Source: Lama guanicoe (Eukaryota). Taken from it: 64,000 nucleotides of DNA. The stretch covers positions 3,686,799 to 3,750,798 of the forward strand of contig MU053588.1 in assembly GCA_013239625.1 (NCBI GenBank), in the 5' to 3' direction. Positions within the stretch are counted from its first letter, which is position 1. The number at the start of each line of letters is the position of its first letter. Positions 1 to 45,222 of the stretch are shown here, piece by piece. The position numbers were made by a program, and so were the translations under genes. The notes beneath the pieces were generated by a model that saw nothing but the letters and a program-made list of their open reading frames with translations, made no database searches and had not been told where the DNA came from.

Positions 1-36
1 CACTGCCTGGGTGCCTGCTTTCCTGGTGGGGCCCAT
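1..36 (-). CDS. LYPD3: LYPD3 (C4.4A) first coding exon, partial; signal peptide start, runs off the window edge
   Basis: Reverse complement reads ATG GGC CCC ACC AGG AAA GCA GGC ACC CAG GCA GTG = MGPTRKAGTQAV. This resembles the recalled human N-terminus MDPARKAGAQAM, has a good Kozak context (ACCATGG) and lies at the syntenic position downstream of PHLDB3. Confidence 0.85.
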   Translation of the reverse strand, partial: MGPTRKAGTQAV

Positions 37-300
37 GGTTCCGACCTGCTCTCTCGGCTTCCCCCCCTAGGTGTGCCGCCTCCCAACCCTGGCCCTCTTA
101 CCTGAGCCCAAGATGAGTAACCTCCCCGCAGGCAACCCTGGCCTTGCCCAACAAGGCCAAATCAGCGTCCGCTGTGGGGTGCGACACCCGCCCCTGGGTG
201 CGTCACCCACAGCTGCCAAGGAGGGAAAGGGCGGGATTCAAGGTTCCCTGGCAGTTCCCAGGAGAAAGTCTGTGTGTCTGGGGGGGAGAGGGGGGAGTAC
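37..300 (-). promoter_or_regulatory. LYPD3: LYPD3 5'UTR and proximal promoter
   Basis: Directly upstream of the ATG; AP-1/CEBP-like TGAGTAA at 114-120, TGCGTCA near 199-205, GC box GGGCGGG near 229-235. Confidence 0.55.
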
Positions 301-1330
301 TGAGGCTCACAGAGAGGGTCTACTCCATACCTAGCATTCAGTAAATACTGAATGGGTGACTGCAGCATGCCAGCTTTGAGCTGAGTGATGCTGGAGACTA
401 AGACAGAACCTGCGCTTGTCCTCACATAGCTCACAGTCTGATGGGGGAGACAGATATTAATCAAATAATCATGCAGATTGTTATTTATGAGGACAATGAA
501 GGAAGAAGTGAAGGGAGCTACAGGGTGGTGTGGAGTCTAGAAGTGGGGGCTGGTGGGTGAAGCTTCCCTAAGGGTATAAATGGAGTTGCCTTAGGGTCTC
601 AAAGACTTGAAGGTTTAGTCCTTGAGGCTGGTGGGGAATGGGAGGGACAGATCCCATTAGCAAGCAGAGGGAGCAGCCTGTGCAAAGACCTCTGTGGAAA
701 GTAGCATGGACCATTCAAAATACAGAAAAGAGCAGTATGCCTGGAGCTCAGAAGGTGAGAAGAAAGAGGTGGAAAATGAGGCAGAAGAGCCAGGCAGGGG
801 TGAGATCATTCGGGGCATCACAGGCCCTAAGGAGAGATTTAAATTAATTCTGAGAAAGACGGAGAATGTTTCAGGGGGTCTAAATAATCTGGGGGATACA
901 ATCAGATTTGCTTTTTAGTCTATAAGTCTGGCAAGTGATGCAAAAACTGGTCAAGAGATGAAAAGGAAAGAGGGAAGAGTGGTTTCCTAATCCCATGGAA
1001 TTACATGGCCATGAAGACAGACCAACTACTGGTCTGGGCAGCAACGTGAGTCTCGTAATTCTATGTTGAGTTCGGGAGACCTTAAACAAATAAAAGATAG
1101 CATGTGACTCCATTCCTATGTCTAGAACAGACAAAACTAATCAGTGGTGAGAGAAATCAGAACAGTGGTTACTTTGGGGAGGGCACTGCCCCGGAGCGAA
1201 AGTAAGGAGACCCCACTATCTTTATCTCGGTGATAGTTACATGTGTGTACAAATATGTGACGAATCACCAAGCTGTATGGGGTCTACTTATGCACTTCAC
1301 TGACTGTGAACTATTCTTACAAAAAGAAAT

Positions 1331-1485
1331 GGTGGGTGGGGTGTAGTATAGCTCAGTGGTAGTGCTTGTGCTGAGCATGCACAAGGTCCTGGGTTCAATC
1401 CCCAGTACCTCCATTAAAATAAATAAATAATACATAAATAAACCTAATTACCTCCCCCCTACTCCCCCAAAAAAGAAAAAAGAAG
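1331..1485 (+). mobile_element. tRNA-derived SINE (camelid vic-1-like)
   Basis: A box TAGCTCAGTGG, B box GGTTCAATCC, AAAT/ACCTAATTACCTCCCC tail, target-site duplication (TSD) AAAAAGAA(A/G)TGG. Confidence 0.85.
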
Positions 1486-1833
1486 TGGGGGGAATACCAC
1501 TGTAGCCTCTATTTAAAAAAAAACAAAACTGTAGAAGGAGTGAGAGAGAAGACCAGGAGACCAGGGAGGGAGCTGAGCAATCTCCCAGGTAAGAAAGAAA
1601 GCAGCAGCCCCTGGCAGCTGGTAGTTGCCTGGAACTCACAGTGAGGCCTGGGCCCTCTGTTACATCCCAGCATCAACAGAACACTAACATCAGACAGGAC
1701 CACCCAGTGACCTGGATGGAGAGAGACACACAATCAGGACCATTGCCTGAGCACAGAAAGAAAGAAACAAACAAGAACACTGTGTGAACCACGAAATAAC
1801 TAAGCATCTCCAAACATAAGTGACTGTTTGTAA

Positions 1834-1924
1834 TGTATTGTATTGTATTGTATTGTATTGTATTGTATTGTATTGTATTGTATTATATTATATTATATTA
1901 TATTATATTATATTATATTATATT
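1834..1924 (+). repeat. Compound pentanucleotide microsatellite (TGTAT)n(TATAT)n
   Basis: Directly visible. Confidence 0.95.
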
Positions 1925-4900
1925 TTAAGCTACAGCTTTAACTGTGCTTTGTTTCTCCTAACTCATAGATAAGATTTAGCTATGGCGGGAAAAATAGCGG
2001 CTGTGTTCATAAAGATTTTATCCATTCCCCAGACCCCGTAGGGCACCCCTGTTCCCCAACAATGACTATCACTTCAGTCACCTAGGCTGGGTCACCTGGC
2101 ATCAGGCTGAAGCTCAGAGAGAGAAAGTGAATGACTGATCATGAAGTCATTCAGCACTGCCCCCGACTCTCTGCCCCCCAGCCTTGAAATCCCAGCCCCA
2201 CTTATGGTTTGCTGTGTGACCCTGTCTAAGTGTCTTAACCTCTCTGAGCCTCTGAGGTGTCTGGTTTCTAATAAAGGAAGGAGAGTCTTTCAGGGTGGAG
2301 TGAGGCAGTGGACAAAGTATCAAGTCTGAAGACAGACAGACTGAAATTTTAACCCTCTCTGCTGTGTGAACTCAAGCAACTCCATCTCCCTCTCTGAACT
2401 TCAGCTGCCTCCCTTGTCAAAGGGGTCTGAAACCTCCTGTCTCCTGAGGGATGGAGTGAGGCAGGGTGACAATACTATTATTATTGTGTGCTCAGGAGCA
2501 GAAGGCCCTGCAGGCTCCAGCCGCGTGGGAGAGTTTCAGGGAGGAACCCCAACTGGCCAGACCAGAAGAGCTGGCGTCTTGGGAGGGAGTGGGACCCAGG
2601 GTGGGGAGTCTCCTCTTGCTCAGGCCTGCCCGGATCCTGGGTGCCTGAGCCGAACCAGAGCCCCTGCCTGGCCCGGGGCCAGAGACAGAGGAAGGTTTGA
2701 ATGCCGGGCCTCTACTTACACCAACTCTGTGACTCTCCCCAGCTCCTCTCCACGGGGGTCACTGCAAAATGATTTAGAATTGGTTCCCCAGATAGATAAG
2801 CAGAGGGGTCAGTGTGGAGGCACCACATCCCCAGCCCTGGAGTTCAGGCCAGGGCCTCAGACAAGCCTGGGGTGATATTTACTATGGGTTTTCTGTCCCC
2901 TGGGGAAGAGCAGGCTTGAGTCCAGTGACGTTCCCAGCCTGTCTCAGACCCACTCCCTCTGGGACGTGCTGAGATGTGTCAGAGAAGGGGTGGGGTCAGA
3001 CTCAGGGCTAGCTACATAATTTGTGGGGCTCAGTACAAAATGAAAATATGTGGACCTGGTTCAAAAGACAGGAAAGAGTGTTATTAAATATAGTATTGTG
3101 CACTTAAAAATCTGTTAACAACAACAACAACCATTTGTTGACAGGATTGATCGCATATTAAATATTCTTACTGTTGAAAACATACACATAAATGGACACC
3201 AAGGAAATGTTGGAGATGGATGCGTTTATTACCTTGATTGTGGTGATAGTGTTATAGGTATATACATATGTCTAAATCCATCAAATTGTATACATTAAAT
3301 ATATGCAGTTTTCTTATATAAATTATACTTCAACAAAGCTATAAAAAATAAAAATTTAGAAAGTAAATGCACAAAAAAAGGCACTAAAGTAGAAACGCTC
3401 TTTTCCTTTCTTCCCCCACCTCTCTCAATCCTTATGGTGTCTAATGTCATGTGCCCTTGGGCACAAGGATGCTCGTGGGGCGAGCACAGCACAGACCCTC
3501 ACAGGTATCTAGAGACCCTGCCCCCCAACTAAAACAACCTGGGTTCCCCTTCCACTAGCTGCCCGCTGCCACGTCCCACTCGAGATGCCATGAGGCACGA
3601 GATGACTGACCTTCCCGGGGGCACCCAGGCCCCTACCAGAGCTGGAGGATAGCAGAGGTCACTGGGCAGGGGCAGGCAGACAGAACCTGTCCCGAGAAGG
3701 TGGAAGATGGCAGGTGTGGGACCCTGTTTGAGCCGAGGCCCCAGTCTCCCTAGTTCATGCTCCATGTTCCTTCAGACTCCACTTACAAAACACAAATTCA
3801 AATACAAAATTAAGAATTTTCAGCCAAGGAGCTCTTCTGAACTCAGGGACCTGTCAGCTATACTAGTCACACGCTTATGATGCTGGTTCCAGAAAGGGGA
3901 CCCAGTTTGTAGACAGGCTGGGGGAATGAAATGATCTAAAAATGATCTCTGACATCTGGAGGTAGAGGCCAAGGAACACCTGGGGTCCCCAAGGGCCTGG
4001 GGATGGGAGTGTTTGCATTCCCAGGCCTCAGGGGGCACATCTGGATCCTCAAGGAATCCTGGGACAGGACACCCAGGTCCTGAGATGTGAATCAGAGACC
4101 AAATGCTGTTCCAGAGAGGTTTAAGGGAGGAAAAGACCTGTTCCACACAGTGACAGCCCAGAGTCATCAGGGCTGTAGGGGAGCCCAGGTGACTGTGGAA
4201 GCCTACCAGAGATCAGGGAGAGCTTCCTGAAGGAGGGGACAGGCATCTCGGGTGAGACTTAAAAGATGAAAAGTTCTATGTCTGTCTTGTTCACCACCAC
4301 CCCATCCTCAGCATCTTTCTCATCAATTTATTCAACCATCAAACAGTCCCTCAACACCTAGTTTGCAGATAGGCCCTCTGCTGTGTGCCAAGGACTCAGT
4401 AATGATGGAAACAGCCCAACTCCCACCTCCTGGGGCTCCCACCCAGCACCGGAAACACAGTCATCAGGAAAAACGACCCAGAGTAGTCAAGACTGTGATG
4501 GGGCGAGCACAAGCAGAGTGATCAGGGCTAGGGTGGGAAGGCCTGACTCAGTCAGGAGAATCAGGGATGGCTTCCTGGAGAAGGAAACATCTGAGCTATG
4601 ACCTAAACACTGAGGAGTAGGGCGGAGTGGGGAAAGGTGACTTAGCAAAGCGAACATTATGTACAAAGACCAGACTGAGAGGTGAAAAGATAGCATTTTT
4701 TTCACTTTCATAGAATGTAATGTGCCCTATGGTCCTGGGGACACAGTCGTGACCAGGACAGACCTGGCTCTGCCCTCATAGATCTCCCAGTCCATCAGGA
4801 CATGGGTCCATCACCAGTGATGACGCAGGATGTTCAGGGATGGGACAGGTTAGCTCAAAGCCAGGGCTTGACCCAGCTAGGGGAGTCAGGAAGGGCTTCT

Positions 4901-5276
4901 TGAAGGAGCTGACATCCCAGTTAAGGCCTGAAGAATAAGGAGCTGGCTGGTTAAGGGAAGGGCAGAGGGAATAACATGTGCTAAGGCCTGGAGGGCAGAA
5001 GCCTCTGAGTTCCCAGAAATTGCCAGTAGCCCAGTCAGGTCCAAAAGGGTGGAAACAGGCGGGCCCACAAACTGAAAAAACAAAATTGCCACAAGACTAA
5101 GGACGCATGCCTCCCCACTCTCCCTCTCCCAGCCATGACCTTGGGGTGGAAGGCCTCCATTCCTAAAGGGGAGAGCTCTCACAGATACCCATACCTCAAG
5201 GGTCCTGCCTAGGAGCCAAGGGGCCCTGGACCCCTGTGCTGGGAACCTCAGAAGTAACCACTGTTTTCCTTCCATG

Positions 5277-5282
5277 TTTAAT
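5277..5282 (-). terminator. PHLDB3: PHLDB3 polyadenylation signal (ATTAAA)
   Basis: TTTAAT on + = ATTAAA on -, about 275 nt after the stop codon. Confidence 0.6.
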
Positions 5283-5556
5283 TCGGTATCACAGGAGCAC
5301 AAATAAATAGTTTCTTCCGGTCCCCGAAATCTTCCTCCCGCCCGGGACAGAGCCCCAGGGGCTGGCTTCCCGTCTGGGGAAGGCACCTGCAGCCCAGAAC
5401 ATCAAGGCTTAGACCAGCCCAGCCTTGAAAATTCCCAAGAGAGTTCCAAAGGGGCGGGCCAGGGCTTCCAGGTGGTGGGCGTGGCCTGGGAGGAGGGCGG
5501 GCAGCACGGGCAGGGCGGGGCCTCGCTAGGACGTCCCCCTGATAGGGTGTGGCCAA

Positions 5557-25050
<19,494 letters not shown>

Positions 25051-25816
25051 TTACTATGGGTGGAGGGCAGAGGTTAAAGGTGTCAGCCAGACCCTTTCCT
25101 CTCTGGGCAAAAACAGGAAAATAACTGGAATGTGAGAAAGGATTATTGGATGTCAGGTGCTATGTATATAAAAACTTTACACACATTAATTTATTTCATC
25201 CTCACAGCAGCCTATAGAGAAAGGGACTATTATCTCCATTTTAGGATTAGGAAACTTAGGCTGAGCAGGACAAGTGCACGCAAAGTCTACACATGATATT
25301 AACACCATATTTGTCCTCTGGAAAGTCCATGTTCTTAACCATTAGGTGTACTGTCACTCAAGCTAGGAAGTGCCTGGGAGATCATTTCAGATGAGAGTAA
25401 TGCTAATAGTTAACACTGATAGGTCTGCCATGCAGGCAGTGTGCCAACCACTTCATACATACGGACTCAGGATCATCACAACACCCTGTTATTAGTACTA
25501 TTATTTCCATTTTACCGATGAGGAAACTGAGGCTCAGAGAAGTGAAATGCCTTCTCCTGGGTCCCACACGGGGAAGTGGTTTAAACTTAAGACAGTGTTC
25601 TAATTCAAGGAACTAAGAAACCCTGCCCCAAATATCTGTTTGCTTCTGATCTTGTGAGTTAGAAAACCTCCTCCTTCCAGGCTCCCGGTGCTTCTACCCT
25701 ACCCTGCTCCCTGGTCTCTCCAAGGACCAGAACTAACCACAGGCACCTCAGCCCAGAAACCCAGTTGGTTCCCCCAGAAAACAGAAGTCAGATTCAGAGG
25801 AAAAAAAAAAAAGATT

Positions 25817-25822
25817 TTTATT
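25817..25822 (-). terminator. ETHE1: ETHE1 polyadenylation signal (AATAAA)
   Basis: TTTATT on +, about 120 nt after the stop, followed by a T-run on the transcript strand. Confidence 0.75.
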
Positions 25823-25939
25823 TAAGAAGTTAGAGAGGCTGGTGAGGGAGGGGAAGAACAGAGAGGCTCCAGTCATGGCACCTCTCCCTTCACCCCACCT
25901 AGTACATTCTTAATGGATATAAGAACCTGAGAGTCGAGG

Positions 25940-38871
<12,932 letters not shown>

Positions 38872-39643
38872 CGCGCCAGCGGCCGGATAGGGACTGAGCC
38901 GAGGCGGAAAGCCTGCGGAAGCCTGTGCACCAGGGCTGACCCCCCGGGGGGCGGGGCAAGGGGCGGGGCCCGCCTTAAAGGGGCAGAGGGTGCCTGGGGC
39001 CGAGGGCGGGGTCGGCGGAGAAAGGCTGGGGGTGTTGGAGAGACTTTAGAGACCTAGAAACCAGTGAGACCTGGAGAAAGAAAGAGCAGAAAGCCACTCA
39101 AAGGGCGACGGAGGCACACCGGGAGAAGGACAGACTTCTCTCCCTAGAGAGACAGAAACTCAACGAGAGACCCTAATACACTCATCGCCCCGGGCCATTT
39201 TATTGGAAAAGCAGGTGGTCGAACCCTCATTGTTAGAAAGAAAAAGATGTTTGGTTCAGTGTCTTTAGTGTCTTTGGGGACTGTTGGGTGGGTGTCTAGT
39301 CCCAGAACAACAGATTATTCTATTAAAGTTTATTTTAAAATCGCTTAAGTATTTTACCAGGAATGTTTGTCTCTTCTCAGGAAGAAATCGTTTTCAAAAA
39401 ATAATTGTCCATGATACCTTGCCAAATCAGGTTGGGGATCATTTGGCGTCTGTTGGAATGTGAGCCTCTAAAAACAGCTTTTGTTCATTTACACCAAAGA
39501 CCCAGAGTTGAGAAATTGTCTAGTCATCAAGTGTCTGAAAGTTTGCTCTTTGGAATCATATCAGTAGTTAGAATATGGCATCCCACTCTTGTCTGGAGGG
39601 TCTAAGTCACTTCATCACAGATACAGAAGGCAGACTCTACCAC

Positions 39644-39742
39644 ACCATTTTATATAAGGGACTTGCACATTTGCCGATTTTGGTATCCAAGGGGGTCCTA
39701 GAACTAATCTCCCATGGATACCAAGGGAGAGGGACAACTGTA
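39644..39742 (+). mobile_element. MER2/Tigger-type 3' end
   Basis: CCATTTTATATAAGGGACTTG...GATTTTGGTATCC...GGATACCAAGGGA...ACAACTGTA. Confidence 0.65.
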
Positions 39743-40634
39743 ACTGTCTCTCCCCCTGTGTTTAGAGAGACAGACAGCCAGTGCTTCTTCTGTGGTCCGC
39801 TCTCCTTAGCTACAGCAAGTCCATAAAACCCTACTTTGTCCCTGGGTGGGCTTTATCAAGGGAGAGATTCAGCCAGCCACTCAGAGACAAGGAAGATGCT
39901 CAGAGACTCCGTGATACCAAAAAGAGACCTGGAGAGACTTTCAGAGATACATGGAGAAATACAGAGTTGACATGGGATGTTTGTCAAAGAAATACGGTCA
40001 CAAAGGTGCATTTGGAGATTCTAGGAGACTGTGGAGATGGGGAGAGATGTGGGGAGCAGGGAGAAATGTGCAGGAAGAAGAGAATCTTCCAGCACTGGGA
40101 AACACACAGATCGAGGAGAAACAGGTATAAAGAACAGCTCAGACTCAAGGAGAGACCTTTGTTCATTTATTCCTCACATTGAGGTCTCCTGCATATCTGG
40201 CCCAAGCTGGGCAAAGCTGGGGACTCAAGGTGAGTCCTCAGTTTGGTTGGTGGGGGAAAGGAGTACAGACATCAGCGTTAAAACAAGGAGAGGTACAGAG
40301 ATTGCCAGGAACTCAGGGAAGGGAGAAATCAAGAAAACAGGGACCCCCAGGCACTCTTTACTGTGAGAGTCCCCAGATAAGACCTCCTCACACCTAGGGC
40401 CCATTCCTAATTAATTTTTGCACGATTGCTAGACCATTACTTGTCCCTTGAAGGTGTACACACCCTGTGGGGGTTTTCTAGGGTCAGCTATGTGATGTTC
40501 TAAGAGTTAGAAACTGGCATCACCCTTCCCAACTGTGTGACCTCAGGCTCAAAACTTAACCATTTCTGGGCTTCTGTTTTCTCATCTGTAACTTGCGGCT
40601 GAAAATAGCTCCTCTCTCACTGTGAAGATCCAAG

Positions 40635-41312
40635 AAAAGATACATGCACCCCAATGTTCATTGCAGCATTGTTTACAATTGCCAAGATAACGTCCATCAA
40701 CAGATGAAAGGATAAAGATATGGTACATATATACAATGGATGACTACTCAGGCATAAAAAAATAAAATATTGCCATTTGCAGCAACATGGATGGACTTGG
40801 AAGGCATTATGCTAAGTGAAATAAGTCAGACAGAGAAAGACAAATACCGTATGATATCACTTATATGTGGAATATAAAAAATAAAATGGTGGGGAGGGAA
40901 TAGCTCAGTGGTAGAGTGTGTGCTTAGCATAAACAAGGTCCTGGTTTCAATATCCATTAAAAAATGAATACATAAATAAAAACCTAATTGCCCCCCCCAA
41001 AAAAACCCAAAAAAATTAAAAATAAAACAAACTAGTGAATATAACAAAAAAGAAACAGACTCACAAGTACAGAGAACAAACTGGTGATTACCAGTGGGGA
41101 GACAGAAGGTGGAAGCAATATAGGGGTAGGGGATTAAGAGATACAAACTATTAGGTATAAAATAAGCTACGAGGATATATGGTACAACATGGGGAATATA
41201 GCCAATATTTTATAACTTTTAATGGAGTATAACCTTTAAAAATTGTGAATCACTAGATTGTACACCTGTAATATACAACATTGTACAGTGACTATGTTTC
41301 AATTTTTAAAAA
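40635..41312 (+). mobile_element. L1 3' fragment containing a nested SINE (40889-~41025), itself inserted in a MIR-like element
   Basis: L1 ORF2-end and 3'UTR motifs interrupted by a SINE with A/B boxes; MIR-like flanks (TGTGTGACCTCAGG...CTCATCTGTAA and GAGATCACACATGCAAAG). Confidence 0.75.
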
Positions 41313-43599
41313 TATCCAATGAGATCACACATGCAAAGAGTTTGGGAAGCACCCAGCACAGAACAAGTTCTCGGGTATTCTGCTCTCAGGGAGGTGGCTA
41401 TCATTGTTTCATCACCATCCTTTATTCCTTTCTTCTCTTGCTACTTCCTCCCAATTCATCATTAAGCCCTGTTGAGTTAACCTCTCCAATCAGGCTGCTT
41501 CTCCATCATCACACCCTCTGCCCTAGTCAAAGAGGCAGCCAAGTATGAATGCAAATTACACGAATCCCAGGGTTAGTTTGCGGGGGTTCAAATCCTGGCC
41601 CTGCTACTTCCTGATTGTGTAACCTTGGATAAGTCTTTGCACGCCTCATTTTTATCTTCTGTGCGACGAAGAGTAGCACCTCCACTTGAAAAACTGTTGT
41701 CAGGATTAAATGAATGAACATATACAAAGCACTCAGGACAGTTTCTGATATACAATAAGTGCTGCATAAATGCTGGTAATTAATATTATAATTAACATGT
41801 AACAGCCACCTCACTGGCTTCTGTCTTCCACTCTGCCTCCCTACATTCCATTTTCCATGCAACAGCGAGTGAACCTTTTAAAATGTCAATGAAAAAGAGG
41901 CAGAAGAGTCACAGCAAACAAATTCAAGTGTGGATCTTGCTTAAATCCTGATTCAAACGAATTAAGTGTAACAAAAAGATTTTTACAGGATACAATGTAT
42001 GGCATATGCATAAAGCTTCAAAATCACCTGAGAGGAGTGCGTGGGGGAAATGAAACAACCTTGGTCATGAGTGGATAACAGTTGAGGTTGGCCAGTTCTT
42101 GTACTAAGGCAGAGAACAATTCTATTATTCCCTTGACTTTTTCTATAGGTTTGAAATAAAATAAAACATGGTACTTGGAAAGGAAAAGAAAGATTCAGAT
42201 GGGACCATGGGGGAAATGTGATAACATAAAGAAACAAGTCTAAATTTTGAAGGGTGTGATAATGATACTGTGGTTATGTGTAAAAAAGAAAAAGTGAGTC
42301 CTTATTTTTTAGAGACCCAGGCTGAAGTGTTTCTGGATGAAATGTCTGGAATTTACTTCAGAATAATTTAAGGGGCTCAAGGAAGGGTGCTGGGGGATGA
42401 TGAAGGAAGACTAGCCATGTTGAACCTAAGTGATGGCTATATGGGGGTTATTTTCATCCCCTCCCTCTCCTTTCATGTATGTTTGAAACTTTCCATAACC
42501 TTAAAAAATGGTAAAAAAAAAAAAAAGACTATATGCAAACCTCAACAAGTTCATATCACTTCCCATGTTTAAAACCCTCCCTGGGTTTCACATCCAGTTT
42601 AGGCCTACTTCCAACTCTGTGACCTCAAGTTCACATTTCCCCCATCATTCTGTCTTCCCATCACAGAGGGCCTGATTATTAATTCTTTCAAGTAATCACT
42701 TGACATAGATTTCTTGGACACCTACTATGTGCTCAGCCTTGTTATGGATGCTGGGAACAGGGAGATGAACAAGAGAGAGAAGTTGTCCATCTTAACAGAG
42801 CATGCATTCTGTGAAGACAGGTATACAGTGTTAAGCACACACAAGGGGGATGAGACAACAGAAGGATGGAGGAAAGGAGGGACTCTATGAGCTGGGGGTG
42901 GGGCAGGGGAGGCCTTCTGTAGTGTTAATGTTTGGGCCAAGATCTGAGGCAGGGAGTTAGGCAGGCAAAGTGATGAAGAAGGAACTTGTGGGGACAGAAG
43001 TCACAGCTAGTGTAAAGGCCATGAGGTAGGCTTGACCATGGCATGTACAAGAAATAGAAGGAAGATCAGTGAGTTTGGAGCATGACGTGACAGATAGGAG
43101 AGATGCCCTGAACACAGCATAATCCTTCCCACCTTGGGGTCTGTGCACTTGTGTCCTGGGACAACCGTGACCCTGCCATGGCTTAGTTCAATGCACAATA
43201 AAAACAAAAAGTAATACTGATAACATTTACTGAGCACTGTAAGCACTGTTCTGAACACTTTTCATTGGTTACTGAATTTAATCTTAACAACCCTCCATTT
43301 TATAAATGAGGAAGCCCAGGCCTAGAAAGACTTGCCCAAGGTCACACAGCTGGAAAGTGGCAGAGCCAAGATTTCAAAGCAGTTACTCATGCAATCTGGC
43401 TCCAGAGCCCAAATAATCTTTCCGTACAACTCCCACGGCTCCCAGGGCTTGTCGGACTTTGTGAATTATCAGGCTGAAGACCCACCCACGAGGGGTGGTT
43501 TGCAGGCACTTCACGGTCATTCCTGTGCTGGGCGGGAAGGTGCACCGTCACTTCCCAGGGGAAGGGTGACACGCATGCCACTCTCGGCCTGGTACCAGG

Positions 43600-45200
43600 A
43601 GCTCTAGCCAGGCACCAGGTCTTGGGCACCTGGGGACCGCCGCCCTCCCCGCCGCCGGGCCGTAGCATTGGGGTGGGGGTGGAGGGCTAAGAATCCTGAA
43701 TCGCCCAATGGCGAACAGTGCCGAGCGCTGTGCAAATAACGTGACTGTCTTTGGGCGTCAGCTCGTTCACAGCCCAGAGTCCCGCCCCGCCCTCTCTCGA
43801 AGAAATGGCTACACATTTTTTTTAGCCAACGCCTTGAGGGGTAGAATAGGCAGCGGGCTCTTGAAGCTGATTAGGGATACGGAATTCTCTAAAAGAAAGG
43901 GGACATAGAAAAAGGAAAGCTGCATACGCTGCGCGCTGTTTCAGTGGTTTCTGAGTTTCTCCCGTGTTAGCTTCTGCACGTGCTTGACTCCCGTCAGCCA
44001 CCGTAGGCCCCGCAAGCCGCGGTACACTTTCCTCCGGTCCTTCGACCGGTAGCTCTGCGCTTGCTCACCAGCTTGCCTTGCCTTACGCACCTACCCCCTC
44101 CTTCCATTCCGTCTCCCTCTCAGCAGCCTCCGCGGACCGCGACTGCGCATGCGTACTGACGCCCCCACCGGCCTGGCGTGGGAGGAGGGGATGGAAATGA
44201 GGCTGGGCCCAGCGGCTCGCGCGCGCTCCCTCCCTTGCCCTCCCGTCGCAGGCCAGGCGGTGCAGCTCCGCGGCGTCCGAAGGCAGCGCCGCAGCGGCCG
44301 CGGCTGCCGCGGGAGGGGCCCAGAGCCCCGCCCCTGGGGAGGGGCCGTCCGCAGGTGAGGGGGAGGCAGGGATCTGGGCCCGGACACCTGGGATTTCAAG
44401 AAATGGATTGCGGGCTGGACATCAGAACTCCCGGAAAGGGATCTATTGGGTCCTGATGCATAGGTCCCGGAGGGGCTGCATCGGGTGCCTGAGCTTTGGG
44501 AGGGTGCATTGGTACCCGAATGCCATGCTCCCAAGGGGTTCGTTGAGGCCCGGACGCTTAGGACCCCGAGGGGGAAGTCCATTAGGGGTCTCTGGATCGC
44601 AGCACACTAGCCATGCTCATTCTGTGTCTTCTTCCAGGTCTCCCCTCTACCCTCCCCGGCTCCAGCTCCATACCGGGGATGAAACTTAGCGACAAGAAGG
44701 AGGGAGTTCACACGGCGTCAATGGACTGAGACTAAGCCAAGCGCCGGGTAAAGCTACCTAATCCCGCCCACTGAGCGCGTAGGCTCCTCCCCTGGGGCAG
44801 AGTTGCTGAGCAACCGACTTTGGGTCCTGTTTGTATAGCTCCACCAATCCCTGTCTTAGGTTCCGCGGCCGGTCCCTCAGTCTCTGGACGTAGGCCCCGC
44901 CCACTCCGCGCTCTTGAAGGCCCCGAGTTAAAGTTGTAGAGGCCCCGCCTACTCCACTCGAAGGCCCAAACCCTGGGACTAAGTTCCAAATGTACTGCTT
45001 CTGGGTGGGGTTTGCATAACCCCGCCCACTGTACTCTTAGGCCCCGCCTTCCCGCAGCGTTCGTCCTCCCCTTACAGAATTCCAGACTTAAATAGACCTT
45101 GCTCCAAAGCAGACTGACCCCTGACTATAGGCCCTCTAGCCCTATCCCCAACAGCCTAATAACCACCGGCGTCACCTCCTCTCCCGCCCTAGGCCCTCCC
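43600..45200 (+). promoter_or_regulatory. ZNF575: ZNF575 CpG island, promoter and 5' non-coding exons
   Basis: CpG-rich; NRF1-like TGCGCATGCG at 44144-44153; CAG|GTGAG donor at 44354/44355; acceptors at 44637 and 45192. Confidence 0.65.
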
Positions 45201-45222
45201 AGTAGGTTCCTGGGTCAGCAAG

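Noticed and set aside
130..149. p53/p63-like element in the LYPD3 promoter (AGGCAACCCT GGCCTTGCCC)
   Set aside because: The first half-site lacks the core G; too degenerate to support from sequence alone.
1331..1410. tRNA-like sequences (A and B boxes) here and at about 9 other sites
   Set aside because: They have A-rich tails, TSDs and scattered mutations, so they are SINEs rather than tRNA genes.
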